64,000 bases of DNA, from positions 27,652,001-27,716,000 of the forward strand of contig OX597827.1 in NCBI GenBank assembly GCA_951406725.2. The letters are read 5' to 3'. The notes under the pieces were generated by a model. It did not search any database. It was not told where the DNA came from and saw nothing but the letters and a program-made list of their open reading frames with translations. Origin of the DNA: Octopus vulgaris (taxonomy: Eukaryota). Positions within the stretch are counted from its first letter, which is position 1, and every line of letters starts with the position of its first letter. Both the position numbers and the translations under genes were made by a program. This document shows positions 25,762 to 38,423 of this stretch, one piece after another.

Positions 25762-25927
25762 TAGGCGCAGGCGTGGATACGTGGTAAGAAGCTGATCACC
25801 AACTACAGGGTCTCGAGTTCAGTCCCATTCCGTGGCACCTTGGGCAAGTGCTATCTACTATAGCCTCGGGTTCACCAAAGACTTGTGAATGGATTTCGGT
25901 GGATGGAAACTTTAAGAAGCCCGTCGT
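25762..25927 (+). mobile_element. SINE family A, 5' half
   Basis: taggcgcaggcgtgg..gagttcagtcccatt..aagaagcccgtcg. Confidence 0.85.
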
Positions 25928-26164
<237 letters not shown>

Positions 26165-27024
26165 GAAAGTTACATAAAATCAAAAGACGAAGACAGGTGT
26201 ATGAACAACAAGCCACTAAGGGACTTGCTCAACTGGTTATGGTCAAGCAACTGACAAGCAAATCTGTGGTATCGAGCAGAATATTTGCTGTAGTCCACCT
26301 TTTATTCCAAGCCAAAACAATATGCATGGTAACATTTCCAATTAGTTAAGATCAGAAGACATGAGTGCTCACAAGTGAACACGGAATGAGACTAGTTTTG
26401 ATCCAAATTATTCCAGGTGAGACTTTTCCGACATTTTTCTAAGTTGTCGTTTGGAGGTTGCTTTGGCTGCTATTACCAGCACATCGAGGGACCATGTAGA
26501 AATGTTCCCGTCGGCTCATGTTTATTATATATTATAGCAGTGGGTTATTCTTGCATCTCACCTCCAAACAACCGCCTCATCTCATCCTTCCAAAGCACCA
26601 TCACTCCACTTCTAGGGGAGACACCGAATCGAGTATGACTCATAAACATAATCGATGGTGGTGCTGGCTGGTGCTGTTATTGTGGTGGTGGCCATGGCAG
26701 TGGTATTGATAACGGTGACAGAGGTGGTGCTGGTGGTGGTGGTTGTGGTGGTGGTAGTGGTGGTGATAATGGTGGTTGTCATGCAGTTCCGACCGTCAGC
26801 AAGATTCCTTAAAATTAATGGTCGCTGCTTTTAGCAATGAAACATTGAAACTTGCTAAATACAGTAGTGAAACGCCCTCAAATTCCATCAACCGTGAGAC
26901 AGTTTGAAGGATAGAAGCGGATTACATTAGATAAATATTAGTCCCTGACTTGTAAAATGTCAGTACGGTCACTGAAACGCCTCTTGATCAATATGTTCAC
27001 TGGTTCAAAACCTGCCTGTGGTTC

Positions 27025-27453
27025 GGAGTGGCTGCGTGTTAAGTAGCTTGCTTATCAACCACATAGTTCCTGGTTTAGTCCCACTGCGTGGCACCGTGGG
27101 CAAATGTCTTCTACTATAGCCTCGGGCCGACCAAAGCCTTATGAGTGGATTTGGTAGACGGAAACTGAAAGAAGCCTGTCATATATATGTGTACGCGTGT
27201 GTGTATGTATGTGCGCGCGCGCGTGTCTCTCTGTGTGTGTGCATGTTTGTGTGTCTGCGTTTGTCCCTCCAACATTGCTTGACAAACGATGCTGGTGTGT
27301 TTATGTCCCCGTAACTTAGCGGTTCGGCAAAAGAGTCCGATAGAATAAGTAGTAGGCTTACAAAGAATAAGTCCTGGGGTCGATTTGTTTGACTAAAGGT
27401 GGTGCTCCAGCACGGCCGCAGTCAAATGACTGAAACGAATAAAAGAATAAAAG
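27025..27453 (+). mobile_element. SINE family A, full length
   Basis: Complete head, body and tail. Confidence 0.92.
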
Positions 27454-28607
27454 AAACCGTCCAACCACATCAACAACAACCACAACAACGACACAGCTAC
27501 AAAAAAAACTACCACGACGGCGACAGCGACTGCGACGGCGACGATGACGACGACAACGAACCCTCCCCCTCCTGCACTACCACCACCACCACCACCACAA
27601 CAACAACAGCAACCACTTCAAGAAAATCTTCGAAAGTTTCAAATCAATAACACTGGGCCATGTCATCCTGTTGCTCATTAATTCCAAACATAGACCCTCT
27701 CCCTCCAGACCCCGTTCCTAAAACCCCTAACTCTCCCGTCACCTCCAAAGCCACCATCTCCCCAACCACGCGCCTCGCCTAACCTACGCCACCTGCCCAA
27801 GTGCCCCCTTTTTATGAAAAATTCACAGCCCACTTCACACAGGAATGATGCATCTAGTCGTCTTCCTTAATATCCCTTAATTACATTTCAGACGAGCCCA
27901 ACTCTCACATTTAGCTAATATTTAGGGTACGCCACAATCGTACACCCACCCCTCAGACCCATCTCTCCCATTCTGCCTGTCTGTCTGTTTGTCCCTGTCT
28001 CTTTCCTACACCCTCTTTCTTCCCTCTTCTTTTATTCATTTACTCATTCAATCATTGATTTCTTCATTAATTCATTCAGTTGTTCGTTCATTATTCCTTT
28101 GGGATTTTCGTTTTCATACATTGAGGGACATGGCTGCCGCCCCTCACCTACTCTCACGCCAACACGCTTTTCCTATGTACGGTCTCGTTTTTCTACGTCA
28201 TACTCCCAGCGCCACATTCACTCTCTACAACTACCACCAACACCACCAACACCACTACCACTGCCACCACCACCACCACCACCACCACCGTCACTGCGAA
28301 CGTTCCGTCTCTCTGCCATTTCCACTATCGGAATGTTTTGTCAGATTCTTCTCTCGGCGTTGCGGCCTCATTAAAAACACCTAAACTGAACCAGCTGTTC
28401 TGTCTCACGGCTCCACCCCCGCTGCTACTCTTACCGCCAAAACGAAATGTGATAGTTTTGAAGAAAATGCAGAGCATCTCGGAATATCAATAGGCAAACA
28501 TGCGATAACACACACACACAAGCACGTTGCATGCTTGCATATAGAGACACACGCATGGACGCACACATGCACGTATAAATAAAATATATATATATATATA
28601 TATATAT

Positions 28608-28653
<46 letters not shown>

Positions 28654-28662
28654 CGATAGATC

Positions 28663-28694
<32 letters not shown>

Positions 28695-29000
28695 CACACA
28701 CACACATATATATTTATATACGCATTTATCTATATATGCATCGATGTTTTACGTATATATATGTATATATATATGCATAGGTATATTATTATACAGCTAT
28801 CTATATGAAAAGCCCATCGTATATTTACATACATATACATATATATATATATTTGTATTTGTTTGTCTGTCTTTGTCCATCCGCACACATCACTTGACAA
28901 CTGGTATTGGTGTGTATACGTCCCTGTGACATAGCAGTTCGGCCAAAGTTACCGATAGAATAAGTGCTAGGCTTTCAAACACACACACACACACACACAT

Positions 29001-29063
<63 letters not shown>

Positions 29064-29236
29064 TACGTTCATATATAAGGGTCCACGATCGAGGCCAGCA
29101 ATAAATATTCGAAACCGGAAATGGACTATAGAGAATTTAATTCGGTCAAACGTAATCCATTGGTTAAAACTAGAAATTTCTACACACGTATTTGGCACCT
29201 GTTTCGCCAGTCTGTTGAAGGACTGAACGTATAAGG

Positions 29237-29273
<37 letters not shown>

Positions 29274-29328
29274 TAATCCAAACAAGAAAGCACAGAAAAA
29301 AACACAGCAACGCCAGGACGTGGAACAA

Positions 29329-29375
<47 letters not shown>

Positions 29376-29380
<5 letters not shown>

Positions 29381-29709
29381 CAGTGTACATTTAAACACAT
29401 AAGAGGTATCCATCATATGATTCCTTTCACGCTAGAAGGAACAGCTAAAGTCCAAACTACTATTAGGAATTAAAAACTCGAAGGGAATGAAAAATGAAAA
29501 CATTTACCATCTATCTCCTGGACCATGGTCTCAGACACTTTTTGGCAAATAAAATAACCATAGTCCAGGAGATAGATGGTAAATGTTTTCATTTTTCATT
29601 CCCTTCGAGTTTTTATCCTTAATAGTGGTTTGGACTTTAGCTGTTCCTTCTAGCGTGAAAGGAATCCTATGATGGATACCTCATATGTGTTTAAATGTAC
29701 ACTGTATTT
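29376..29709. repeat. Fold-back inverted repeat, ~150-bp arms, 27-bp spacer
   Basis: 29376-29529 is the near-perfect reverse complement of 29557-29709. Confidence 0.95.
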
Positions 29710-29801
29710 TATATGAATAATATATAGTCTATTGACTAATTTTTCTACACGCTAGGCCACAGGTAGCAAAAATTTCTAAAATTTTTATTACCCTAATATT
29801 A

Positions 29802-29844
<43 letters not shown>

Positions 29845-29994
29845 CATGTATGTGCTTGTGTGTGTGTGTGTGTGGTGGGGTAAATCATATTTCCAACCAC
29901 TGAACGTTTATATATATGCCAGAGTATGCACATAAATGTGAAAGTGGTTGGAAAAATAGTGCTCGAATACCGGAGGTAGAGTAGTATGTTTTAT

Positions 29995-30150
29995 TAATAA
30001 AGCTGCAAAGACATCACAAAATCTGTTACTCAGAGTTTCACGTTCCCGTTCGTCGGACAGTTTAGGTTGATTTCTCAGCCAAAACCTTCCCACGAATGGG
30101 AACGTGAAACTCTGAGTAACACTTTTTGTGATGTCTTTGCAGCTTTATTA
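29995..30150. repeat. Inverted repeat, ~58-bp arms
   Basis: taataaagctgcaaagacatcacaaaa..gtttcacgttccc / gggaacgtgaaac..ttttgtgatgtctttgcagctttatta. Confidence 0.95.
30023..30060 (-). ncRNA. Minimal type I hammerhead motif with CCGACGA core
   Basis: Minus: cugu CCGACGA acg-GGAA-cgu GAAAC ucuga GUA acag; helices I and II perfect, helix III quasi-palindromic. Confidence 0.72.
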
Positions 30151-30284
30151 AGTGTTCATACGCACATACATACATACAGACAGATATGCACATACATATG
30201 TATGTATGTATGTATGTATGTACGTATGTATGTATGTATGTATGTATGTATGTATGTATGTATGTATGTATGTATGTATGTATA

Positions 30285-30502
30285 TAGGAGGGGGTGCCGA
30301 AAAGTTCCTGGCTTTAAGGGTGTCACGAAAGGCCTTGTTGAAGGCCCGACCTTCCGAGCTCTTTTACAAGGATACGAAAAATCTGAAGGACCGTTGCAAT
30401 AAGTGTGTGTATCTGAGAGGGGAATATGTTGAATAAAATCATAATTAACCAATCCTCCTGTATTTTCTTCTCGCCAAAGCCAGGAACTTTTCAGCACCAC
30501 GC
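30285..30502 (+). mobile_element. Mariner deletion derivative
   Basis: TIRs ggtgccgaaaagttcctggcttt / aaagccaggaacttttcagcacc; internal KNLKDRCNKCVYLRGEYVE* matches the mariner transposase C-terminus (RWxKCxxxxGxYVE). Confidence 0.88.
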
Positions 30503-31732
30503 AATTTATAAACTCTCTCTCTCTCTCTCTCCGTTCCTGACTCTCCCCATCTCTTTCCGTTCCTGTCTCTCCCCCTCCCTCTCACACACATATACAGGCT
30601 GATGTCCGTATGCGAGTATATGTTAATTCCATCGTTAAATCCACTTTCCTATTCTATTAAATATTCTCTCCTCTCATCAAATTGTCTTCTTATAACGAGT
30701 AGAACCTGTTTTATTTCAAAAGAGACGGGGACCTACTAAACATTCTCTTCAACCTACAGCTCTGCGCTAACATCATTTCATTAAGCCCATCCTACACACG
30801 CTGAACATTGATAACATACACACACACACACTCACAAACACACACATAGAAACATACATATATTTGTGTGTATATGAGTGTATATATATATCATTCAACT
30901 ACGGTAGTAGTTGAATAATATTCTTAAGGTCGCAATTTACTCACATGCAACAGCTTCAGGGCTTTGTCGCTAATTCAGTTCTTCACCAAATTGAAACATT
31001 TTGACATTTTGGGAGAGGGCTGCTCCCTAGCTACACTGTGGAATTTAAAAAAAACTGAGATTTGGTCTTGTAGAAAAAAGTTTCCTCCAATTAAGTTTAG
31101 ATCTAAATAACTTTTTTTTTAAATTATAAAAGCAAAAATATATTTGTCTTAGCTTTAATGATAGAAGAAAGCATGAAGAATTTCATAGTTTTGATCCCAT
31201 ACAACAAAAATTTGTATCAAAAATGTTGCGAGGTAAAATATCATGAAAAGAAATATAAGTAAAGCAAAAAATTGGATTTAATTATAACTTTTTTACTTTA
31301 AAAGGAAACTATATTTTAATTAAGCTTAAATGATAGAGCTCAATTCGAGCAATTTCATGATATCAATCTCATGCAAGGAATTTTTAAAAGAAGAAAGTTA
31401 TGAGTGCTTGTTTCTCAAATTTGAGTGTGTTAATATAGCTCGATACTTTTTTATGAATATAGTTCTATAAGGGGACTCTTAATACATGTCACCAGCATCA
31501 TTGAGGTAAGGAGAAAATTATCAACGACACCGCTAATTTGCAGTTAGCTTAATTTCGTCATTTGTATTAATTAATGCAATTATATCATAAAAATGAAAAA
31601 AAAATTAAGATATTATTTACAAATTTTAGTAATAGCCTAACCATTTTGGAAATTTTCCGTTTTAACTCGAAGGCGTGTGCACGCAGCTCAGCTGTTACCC
31701 TACGACGCTCGGTAAATTCCGTAACAAAATTT

Positions 31733-31955
31733 TATTTTCTTTTACTTTTATCTTTAATTTGTTTCAATCATTTGACTGTGGCCATGCTTCAGCACCGCCT
31801 TTAGTCGAACAAATCGACCCCAGAACATATTCTTTGTAAGCCTTTGTAATACTTATTCTATCGTTCTCTTTTGCCGAACCACTAAGTTACGGGGACGTAA
31901 ACACACCAACATCAGTTGGCAAGTGATGGTGGTGGGACAAACACAGGCACACAAA
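31733..31955 (-). mobile_element. SINE family A, 3' half
   Basis: Reverse-complement tail and body. Confidence 0.85.
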
Positions 31956-31990
31956 CATACACACACATATATATGCATATGTATATATAT

Positions 31991-32024
<34 letters not shown>

Positions 32025-32053
32025 ATCTCTCTCTCTTTCTCTCTCTCTCTTTC

Positions 32054-32119
<66 letters not shown>

Positions 32120-32211
32120 CTATCTAGCTAGCTAGCTATCTAGCTAGCTCTAAGTGTGTTTGTCTATCTATCTATCTGTTTGTCAGTCTGTCTCTCTGTA
32201 AATACATACGC

Positions 32212-32395
32212 AGCCGTATTTCGTCTGTCGTTGCGTTCCGAGTTCAAATTCCGCCGGTGGGCTTTGCCTTTCCTCCTTTCGGGGTCGATAAATTAAGTAC
32301 CAGTTACGCACTGGGGTCGATGTAATCGACTTAATCCCTTTGCGTGTCCTTGTTTGTCCCCTCTGTGTTTCGCCCTTTGAGGGTAGTAAAGAAAT
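32212..32395 (+). mobile_element. SINE family B
   Basis: gagttcaaattccgcc..tttgcctttcctcctttcggggtcgataaattaagtaccag. Confidence 0.85.
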
Positions 32396-32429
32396 ATATA
32401 TTGTATATATCGTACCTTTTATCTGAAAT

Positions 32430-32875
32430 CATTCACTTCTCTTCAGCCCCTTAAGCTGTGCCCTTTCTAAGGCAACGCCATTCGTGTTACTACACACTTT
32501 TAGGGATACTCCTTATTCAGTTGACATTTGTGAATGAGGGATTACTAAGTTGTTGCCCCCAGTTGTGTATGTTGCCTTGAAATAGGTTCATGTGGAATTT
32601 TAGACATAAGACGATTCAGATGCTTTCAAACATGTCTACATTCACTTCATGGCGACTTCTTATCGGAAAGCTTCGGGCCTTCGGACTTTAAGCTACTGCA
32701 GTATCTAGTCCTAAATGTAGATGGCTAGGAAGGGATATTTGGCGTGATACAGAGTTGACTGGTTCGAAGATTAGACTAGCATTTCAAGCCAAGGTTTGGT
32801 GCAAGGTCTCTAAGGATCTTCTAGACATATTTTACTGCATAACCCTCCCGTCATCGCACAATAGAATAAGGTTGC
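32430..32875 (-). pseudogene. Old CR1-group LINE 3' fragment (ORF2 C-terminus + 3' UTR)
   Basis: Manual minus-strand translation PYSIVR*REGYAVKYV*KILRDLAPNLGL..FRTRYCSSLKSEGPKL..KHLNRLMSKIPHEP resembles the CR1 end (YSLERRRERY..WKIL..GPxLFN..LDxxLxxIPDEP). Confidence 0.7.
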
Positions 32876-32896
32876 TCCCCTTTGCTCCCTCTATCC

Positions 32897-32937
<41 letters not shown>

Positions 32938-33085
32938 CAAACACACACATATGTATATATATATATGTATATATATTCACACACAGGTTGATACACATAC
33001 ACATATATTCTCTTTTTCTCTTTCGTGTGTGTGTTTGTATATGTATGAATGGTATGTATGTATGCGTGTTTATATGTATGTATGT

Positions 33086-33120
<35 letters not shown>

Positions 33121-33202
33121 GCACACATATATATGTGTGGGCATATAATTGATATCTGTATATATATTTATATACATATGTATATATATTTACGTATAGA
33201 TA

Positions 33203-33306
<104 letters not shown>

Positions 33307-33595
33307 CATATATATACATATATATGTATGTGTGTACATACATATCTACACACACATATACACATATATACGGTGCTAATTGATTATCATGCACACATGT
33401 GTCAATATATGCAAATATGCTACTTCATTTTTATGAGTGCACAGAAGCACGTGTCATGACATATATCGAATTTCCACACACACACACATATATATATATG
33501 GACTTAACTGCATGCATATTTATATACATGCTCATGCACATGTGCATGTGAGATTATGAGTGCGTGTGTGTATGTATATATATTTGTGTGTATGC

Positions 33596-33649
<54 letters not shown>

Positions 33650-33677
33650 TATATATATATATGTATATACATATGTC

Positions 33678-33754
<77 letters not shown>

Positions 33755-34240
33755 AAGTAAATAAATGGTACAACGAAATACCGATATTTACTGGAAAATA
33801 GCGATCGTAATAATTACGACGTTATTGTATAGCTTCACTGCGTATATACTAGCAAAGACGCATGTGTGCAACAAACATGAAAAAAATTTGTCTTACCTCT
33901 AGGAAGAACATCTGAAAAATGAAAAACCTAGAAACGGATAATGCAGGACCGGTTTCAGACTCTTCAAATATATATATAAACACAGAAGATGCATTTTGAA
34001 GCATCTCGTTTAACGAACAAATAATGAAATTGCCAGTCACAATTTAGCGTATTTAACTCTGTATTGGTGTGTGCCTTTTTGGACGTTACTGTCGGGCGAT
34101 AAGACTTTAACTTCCGCTTGGATATACATGATTCAGGTAAAAATTACTGCATGAGAAACGCCATTAGCGAAGCATCATTTTTCCTGCGTAGTAACTAGAC
34201 TGACTGACGACTAGAGGTAACAGTAATAATATATATGCAT

Positions 34241-34310
<70 letters not shown>

Positions 34311-34448
34311 ACACGCACACACACACGCACACACACACACAAATACACATAGTTAGAATTTACAAAAAATACAAAAAACAAAACACGAAGGTGGGTATGT
34401 AAACAACAAACAAATGTATTAGTTTAACGCTCAGGAAGTGAAAATGTA

Positions 34449-34483
34449 TTTTACGTTTCTGGCCTACGCTCTTCAACAGAAAG
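34449..34483 (-). ncRNA. Hammerhead-like motif with CUGUUGA core
   Basis: Minus: cuuu CUGUUGA agagcguaggcca GAAAC GU A aaau; same repeat family as 52607-52645. Confidence 0.4.
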
Positions 34484-34566
34484 GAACAGAGAAATAAGCA
34501 GAGAGAGAAAATTAAACGAAAGGTTTAGTGGCTAGCGATCAATCATGGCGAATAAACCTGGCTTTC

Positions 34567-34872
34567 AATCGGTTACAACGATGAGGGTTCCAAATGATCC
34601 AATTAATGGAACGATCTTAACTCGTGAGATTAACGCGCTGAGATTAACGCCACATACACGTGTATCCTTAACAATACTCGGGGAGATTCAGTGTGACAGA
34701 ATGTGACAAGGCTGGCCCGGTCTTTTGAAACATACCTACAACGCATTTTTGCCAGCAAAGTTGACTTGAGCAACGTGAAATAAAGGACTTTGCTGAAGGA
34801 TGCAATGAGCCGCCGGGAATCTAACTCCTGTCTGTACGATACTGAGCCGAATGCCCTAATAGCTGATTTACG
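34567..34872 (-). mobile_element. SINE family C, diverged
   Basis: cggttacaacgatgagggttcc..gggagattcagtgtgaca..gagcaacgtgaaataaag. Confidence 0.8.
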
Positions 34873-35019
34873 TGCATTCACTACACCTTCATATCAGAGG
34901 TCTGATGCATGAAACAACAACAACAACAACGAATGAGTTAAACCAACAGGCGTGGCATCTATGTAATGGCATCGACCGAAGAAATGGCTGCCGAATATTC
35001 TTCAAATCTGACTTCCATG

Positions 35020-35395
35020 TATATCTGTGTTCTGTTCCTCTTCGCAGCACTTTGAGCAAAAAGCTTTCACTATAACACTGGGTCGAGCAAAACATTGTGA
35101 GTGAATTTAGTAAGTGGAAACTGAAGGAAGCCCTTTGTTTATGGGCATGTTTATATTTCTCTGTGTGTGTGTGTGTCTTTGTGTCTGTATTTGTCCCCCA
35201 CCACTGCTTGAAAACCAGCATTGGTGTGGTTACGTCTCACAAACTTAACGGTTCTGCAAAAGAGACCAAGATAGAATACGTACAAGGCTTAAAGCAAGAA
35301 AGTAATTTGATTCATTCATACGAATAAGAAATTCTTCAAGGCAGTGCTCCAGCATGACCGCAGTCTGATGAGTGAAGCAATTAAAAGATAAAAGA
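35020..35395 (+). mobile_element. SINE family A, diverged
   Basis: ggaaactgaaggaagccc..gcagtgctccagcatgaccgcagtc. Confidence 0.75.
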
Positions 35396-36283
35396 TATAT
35401 ATGTGTGTGCATGTGTGTGTGTGTGCCTCACAACCACTTGAAAATCGGCGTTGGTTTGTTTACGTTTCCGTAACCTAGTGGTCCGGCAAAAAGAGTCCGA
35501 TAAAACACATACCAGGCTTAAAAAGAAGTATTGGTGCCAGTGTGGTTAATTCTGTTGCTGTTGATGCCAACGTTGGATGTTCTAATTAGAGTAAACCTAT
35601 GTTCGATGATTTTCCTTCCATGTCTATACCATTGTATTTCTATTTTAACGACTTCAATGTCCAATGTGTTCTTCATTTTTTAAGACGGTGGAACAAGATT
35701 AGAGAAAGATTTGACGGCTAATTTTTGACAGTCTATTACAAAACATAAAATTTTCCATTTTATATAAAAATAGAATAGATGCATCTCAGTGGTGACAAAT
35801 GCTTTTCTTCTATAGTTACTAAACGCATGTTTGTGTTGATAAAATGCTGTTTTAAAATAATTGGCCATTAATTCTATGTAGGAATTTATTAAATGTGTGT
35901 TTATCGTGCCACGTTAAGCTAATTGTCTAGCCTCGCAATTTCCTTCGAGAAACTAATTATCGGTGTTTGAACAATTATAGTTAGGTGTATTAAGGAGAAA
36001 ATGTTGTTTTTTTTTTATTTTGATAGATTAGAGTTCAATTGTGTAAAATTATTAAGAGATCTTAATATCATTCTGATTGAATAGTTTATATTTGTAGTTA
36101 AAAGGGAATGTTAGAAGTGCTTGAAAAATATATTAGTTATGAATACCGCAAGTTGAATTTCATTATATCAAACTGCTTATCTGACGTTTAATCAATGCTA
36201 GATTAGAACTAATATTTTGTCGAAGTTATTGCACGTAACCGCTTCATTATGATAAGAGGGTATATTTTTGAAATTTTGTTCAA

Positions 36284-36440
36284 GCGTGGCTCTGTGGTAA
36301 TAAGTTTGCTTCCCAAACACATAGTTCCAGGTTCAGTCCCACTACGTGGCACCTTCTGCTAGTATCTTCTACTTTAGCCTCAAGTCAACCAAAGCCTTGT
36401 GAGTGGATTTGGTAGACGGAAACTGAAAGAAGCCCGTCGC
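36284..36440 (+). mobile_element. SINE family A, 5' half
   Basis: Head through gaaagaagcccgtcg. Confidence 0.85.
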
Positions 36441-36658
36441 ATATATATATGGAACTATGGTTAAATATCCGACATGACTCCCATCTCTTTCTTACACCGA
36501 TGCCAAATATGAATGTCCTAGATCAAATTTTTCTGCTATATTTCTTAATTAAGTTCCTTGTATTATAGTTTCTTTCCTTCTAGCACTGAAGCGTACGTTG
36601 ATGTTTAATTAATTTTATTCAATCATGAATTTATATTATTATTATTATTATTATTATT

Positions 36659-37185
36659 GAGTGACAGAGCAGTGCATGCCATCAAAGTGACACTGGGGTA
36701 AAATATACGAAGCCCAATATACCCATCATGACTACCCGTCTGATAAGGGTACACCAGGCACATGCATCACAACCATGTGAGCGCGACATGGTGATCTCAT
36801 ATCAAGATAAACAGCACATGACCTTGCAGGTTGAGTAGCCCATCCCGCTCAAAAGGTCCCTGAATAAGGGTTGTTTAAGGATGTTGAAAGAACCACCCAT
36901 GTTTCCAGAGGTGAATTATTCAAACCCCAAAGAATCCCTCTCAACACATGGCTATGATGCTCCCCCACTACTTCTGCTCGTGATCAGAGATGCACATATC
37001 GTCAGCCACTAAGGGACATGCTCAACTGGTTAAGGTCAAACAACTGACAAGCAAATCTGTGGTATTGAGCAGAATATTTGCTGTAGCCCATCTTTTATAC
37101 CAAGACAAAACAATGTACATGATAACACTTCCAATCAGTTAAGATCAGAAGCCATAAGAGCCACTGGCTGGTACTGCATCAGGGC

Positions 37186-37186
<1 letters not shown>
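36659..37186 (-). mobile_element. ~530-bp non-coding element embedded in (TAA)n; orientation inferred
   Basis: Same ends and near-identical sequence as 45545-46100; fragment at 26213-26367; (ATT)n on both flanks. Confidence 0.85.
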
Positions 37187-37266
<80 letters not shown>

Positions 37267-37270
37267 CTAT

Positions 37271-37338
<68 letters not shown>

Positions 37339-37556
37339 TTTATTATATCTATGTACGAAACGATCGTCTGCACGAATTAAACTTCTTATAAATTTTAACA
37401 ACTTATCTCCGCCATTTTTAATAAAATTGATGGGATTTATGGACTTTCATTCCATAAACTCACCACACATTATATACAAGTACTACTTTCATATCTTAGC
37501 AATTTTACGCCTGTAAACTCCCAGCAAAGTATGAAGAATCAACATTAGAAATCTTT

Positions 37557-37606
37557 TGGGGAAACCTCCAATTAAAGGACGAACCCACAGTCAACCTTTA
37601 TACACC

Positions 37607-37676
<70 letters not shown>

Positions 37677-37724
37677 TGTATAAAGGTTGAATGTGGATTC
37701 GTCCTTTAATTGGAGGTTTCCCCA
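37557..37724. repeat. 54-bp inverted repeat around a TA/TATG microsatellite
   Basis: tggggaaacctccaattaaaggacgaa..tatacaccta / taggtgtata..ttcgtcctttaattggaggtttcccca; third copy of the unit at 53367-53419. Confidence 0.92.
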
Positions 37725-37731
37725 TATATCT

Positions 37732-37795
<64 letters not shown>

Positions 37796-37824
37796 AGATG
37801 CATATGTATATATAGATATTTGTG

Positions 37825-38010
37825 TGTGTGTTTTTGTGTCTTTGTTTGCTTCCTAACCATCGCTCGACAACCGATATTGGTGTGTTTACGTTTCCGTATC
37901 TTAACGATTCGGAAAAAGAGACTTTGGGGTTGACTTGTTCGACTAAAAGGCGGTGCTTCAGCATGGCTGCAGTTAAATGACTGAAACAGATAAAAAAAAT
38001 AAAAGAATAA
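37825..38010 (+). mobile_element. SINE family A, 3' half
   Basis: catcgctcgacaaccgat..cgactaaaaggcggtgcttcagcatggctgcag. Confidence 0.83.
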
Positions 38011-38066
38011 GAAGATGAATAAAAAATAATTTTTAGCTAAATACTTTTATCTCTCTATTCCTTTTA

Positions 38067-38423
38067 TCTGTCTCTATATAAAATTCTTTGTCCTTAAGTA
38101 CGACATAGTAAATGACATTTTATACCACGAGGACGACGGACGACGACACGCTTTGTGTATGAGTGTGTGTATGTGTGAGTGTATGTGAGAGTGTATGTGA
38201 GAGTGTATGTGTGTGTCAGTGGATGCGTGATTGTCAATTACACTGATGTAAACTGGCTATGTTAAAGATCTACACTGGCTCCAGCTAATGAAATGGAAAC
38301 TCAATTATGAACTTCTTCAAATGTTAACAGTTATATCAGAAATAACTTTACATTTGATAGTTATTGTTTACCAATCAGAATAAGACTAGCAGTAACTCAG
38401 GCAACGCCGGGTAATTCAGCTAG
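38067..38423 (+). mobile_element. Probable non-autonomous Helitron
   Basis: 5' tc..tctatatataaa; 3' hairpin actcaggc-aac-gccgggt followed by CTAG|T, the typical Helitron terminus. Confidence 0.6.

Noticed and set aside
30895-31725. DNA transposon remnant (internal agctt.aatgataga..aatttcat repeats at ~31150 and ~31322)
   Set aside because: No TIR pair, TSD or transposase trace could be identified, so it is not called.
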